Source: Basidiobolus meristosporus CBS 931.73 (Eukaryota; Fungi; Basidiobolomycota). From it: a stretch of DNA of 64,000 bases. This document shows, piece after piece, positions 62,435 to 64,000 of this stretch. The notes under the pieces were generated by a model, which saw nothing but the letters and a program-made list of their open reading frames with translations, had not been told where the DNA came from and did not search any database. The stretch covers positions 62,001-126,000 of the forward strand of contig MCFE01000006.1 of NCBI GenBank assembly GCA_002104905.1. The letters are read 5' to 3'. A program made the position numbers and the translations under genes. Every line of letters begins with the position of its first letter. The first letter of the stretch is position 1.

Positions 62435-64000
62435 ATGGCAACAAACAGCTCGGAAAGTTCTCCTCAGAGCGGGACTTCGTCAACTTTTATTAAGCAGCTT
62501 GATAGTAAAATCAAAGCATACCGTCAGGAATTGGAAGCAGTCAAGGAATGCAACCAGTTTCAAAAAGATATCTCGAAGATAAAAAGCGGCGATACACCAA
62601 TGAGTATGTTGAAGTTATTATAGTGTTTTCTTGACTCATTTCCTAAAGCGCTCGTTTGCTTGTAGATCGCCGCGCATCGGCAAGTGCACTATTAAAGCAC
62701 TGTGAAAACCTTACAGCGAACGACACTCAGACAACTCGTCCAATAGGGGCTGTAAGGAGATCCTCTCTGTCAAAGCCCGGCAGGATCTTAGAACATCAAC
62801 CGCGGAAGTATTCAATCGAGAGTCAAATCATGGAACCATGTCCTGAGCCCGAAGATGCCGAATACATCGATCCGATTTATCTTCAGCCATGCAATGAGTT
62901 TACAGAGCAACATGATGATGATGATGATGATTTCGACAATGAAAGTCTGTGCAACTCTATCCAGTACTCGGAGCACACTCACATACTAGATGTTGAACCC
63001 CCGGCCTTCTCGGTATTCGGCGATGAAAGTGTCTATGAAGCATCCCTTGCTGATTCCACGGTGGCCCGCCGAAAGTTTCATGATGGCCATCTATTGAACA
63101 AAGGCTACGACCATGTAAGATACGGGCTGAAGAATTATGAAGATACGATCTATGAGAATGATTATCTAGATAGAACCTATCTGCCCATACAGTCGTCTGA
63201 TGCTTCTAAATATCGAACTACTCTGCAAAAAAACAACTATTCTCTCCAGAGATCGGAGCCCAAATCTTTCACTACACTTTCAAATGATGAACCCAACGAC
63301 ATCGGCCTTTTTCAAGACGATGGCGATTCTGTTTCTTCTCGTCGCTCATCCGCTCATTACGATGCTAGCTGCCAACGCTTACGTAGAGTTGAATCCGACT
63401 ATCTCGGTAGACACACCTATTATGATACCGCAAAGGGCCATGGTTATGATGGCGCTTGTATCCGCGACGAACGTAAAAAACCCGATTCAGATTTTAGAGA
63501 TTTGTATAGCATAGACAATTATAAGGAACGAGATTACACCAGATTCGATAACAATTCGTCGAGCCAGTCTTACAGTTTGCGTGATGATGTTTCATCAAGG
63601 GAAGGCTCTGTCGATACTTCGGTTCGTTACTCACCATGCCTCGAGGAGCATCCTCTGGGTCGAAGGTCCTCGCTAAATACACCAATGCCAAGCTCTCCCA
63701 ATCCACGATATCAGCACGGTCGACATGCATTGTTTGATCGATATGATCGGGACATACTTCGCCGTTCACGATCGAATATATCGGAGATACTCTTGAACTC
63801 AGCCCGGTCACCAATCACTTCGCCACGTGAGAATGGATCTCGTATTTCTCCAATGCTACCGGAAGCAAAACGAATTCCTCGAGCCCATTCCCCGTCTGTT
63901 GCTTCCTCACATTCTGTGCGAAACCTAATACCCGAAAGGACCAACAGAAGAAATCGCTACACAATTTCGAATCCTGGAGATCTCCGTTCTGAACCTAGGG
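62435..64000 (+). CDS. Hypothetical protein with N-terminal coiled coil and long disordered Ser/Asp/Arg-rich region; runs off the window end
   Basis: Exon 1 MATNSSE..KIKSGDTPM, GTATGT..TAG intron, then one uninterrupted frame (NRRASASALLKHCENL...) from ~62666 to the edge. Confidence 0.75.

Overview
Eukaryotic genomic DNA with short spliceosomal introns (mostly ~55-70 nt, GT-AG). The protein homologies point to a fungus, probably an early-diverging lineage; Basidiobolus-like is a guess. I could model about 24 protein-coding genes by eye: urease (cut by the window start), WW-MyTH4-RhoGAP, TPR/EF-hand protein, BAP31, ThrE/DUF1212 exporter, group III G-alpha, a small PPxY membrane protein, a large RGS protein, a DUF6787-like protein, two orphan 7TM receptors, an A1 aspartic protease, a CDF metal transporter, BRX1, a LysM protein, a 4-TM protein, a DOMON/copper type II (DBH/MOXD1-like) monooxygenase, a divergent Pin1/Ess1-like parvulin, DPH4, ASA1, SIW14 and two low-complexity/coiled-coil proteins. 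About 22.3-35.1 kb is a gene-poor island of decayed LTR retrotransposons. It holds six diverged copies of one ~340-bp Ty1/copia LTR, copia integrase/RT/RNase H relics almost devoid of CpG, and a probable gypsy relic. Best leads: the animal-type copper monooxygenase with all metal ligands intact; a predicted 5-nt micro-exon in G-alpha; an RGS protein with six KLxxx(F/L)G repeats next to the G-alpha gene; a Pin1-like enzyme whose phosphate-binding arginines are replaced by Glu-Asp; and the CpG erasure in the copia relics. I found no tRNA, rRNA or CRISPR features and no clear multi-gene novel system. Exon boundaries are manual and no database searches were run.
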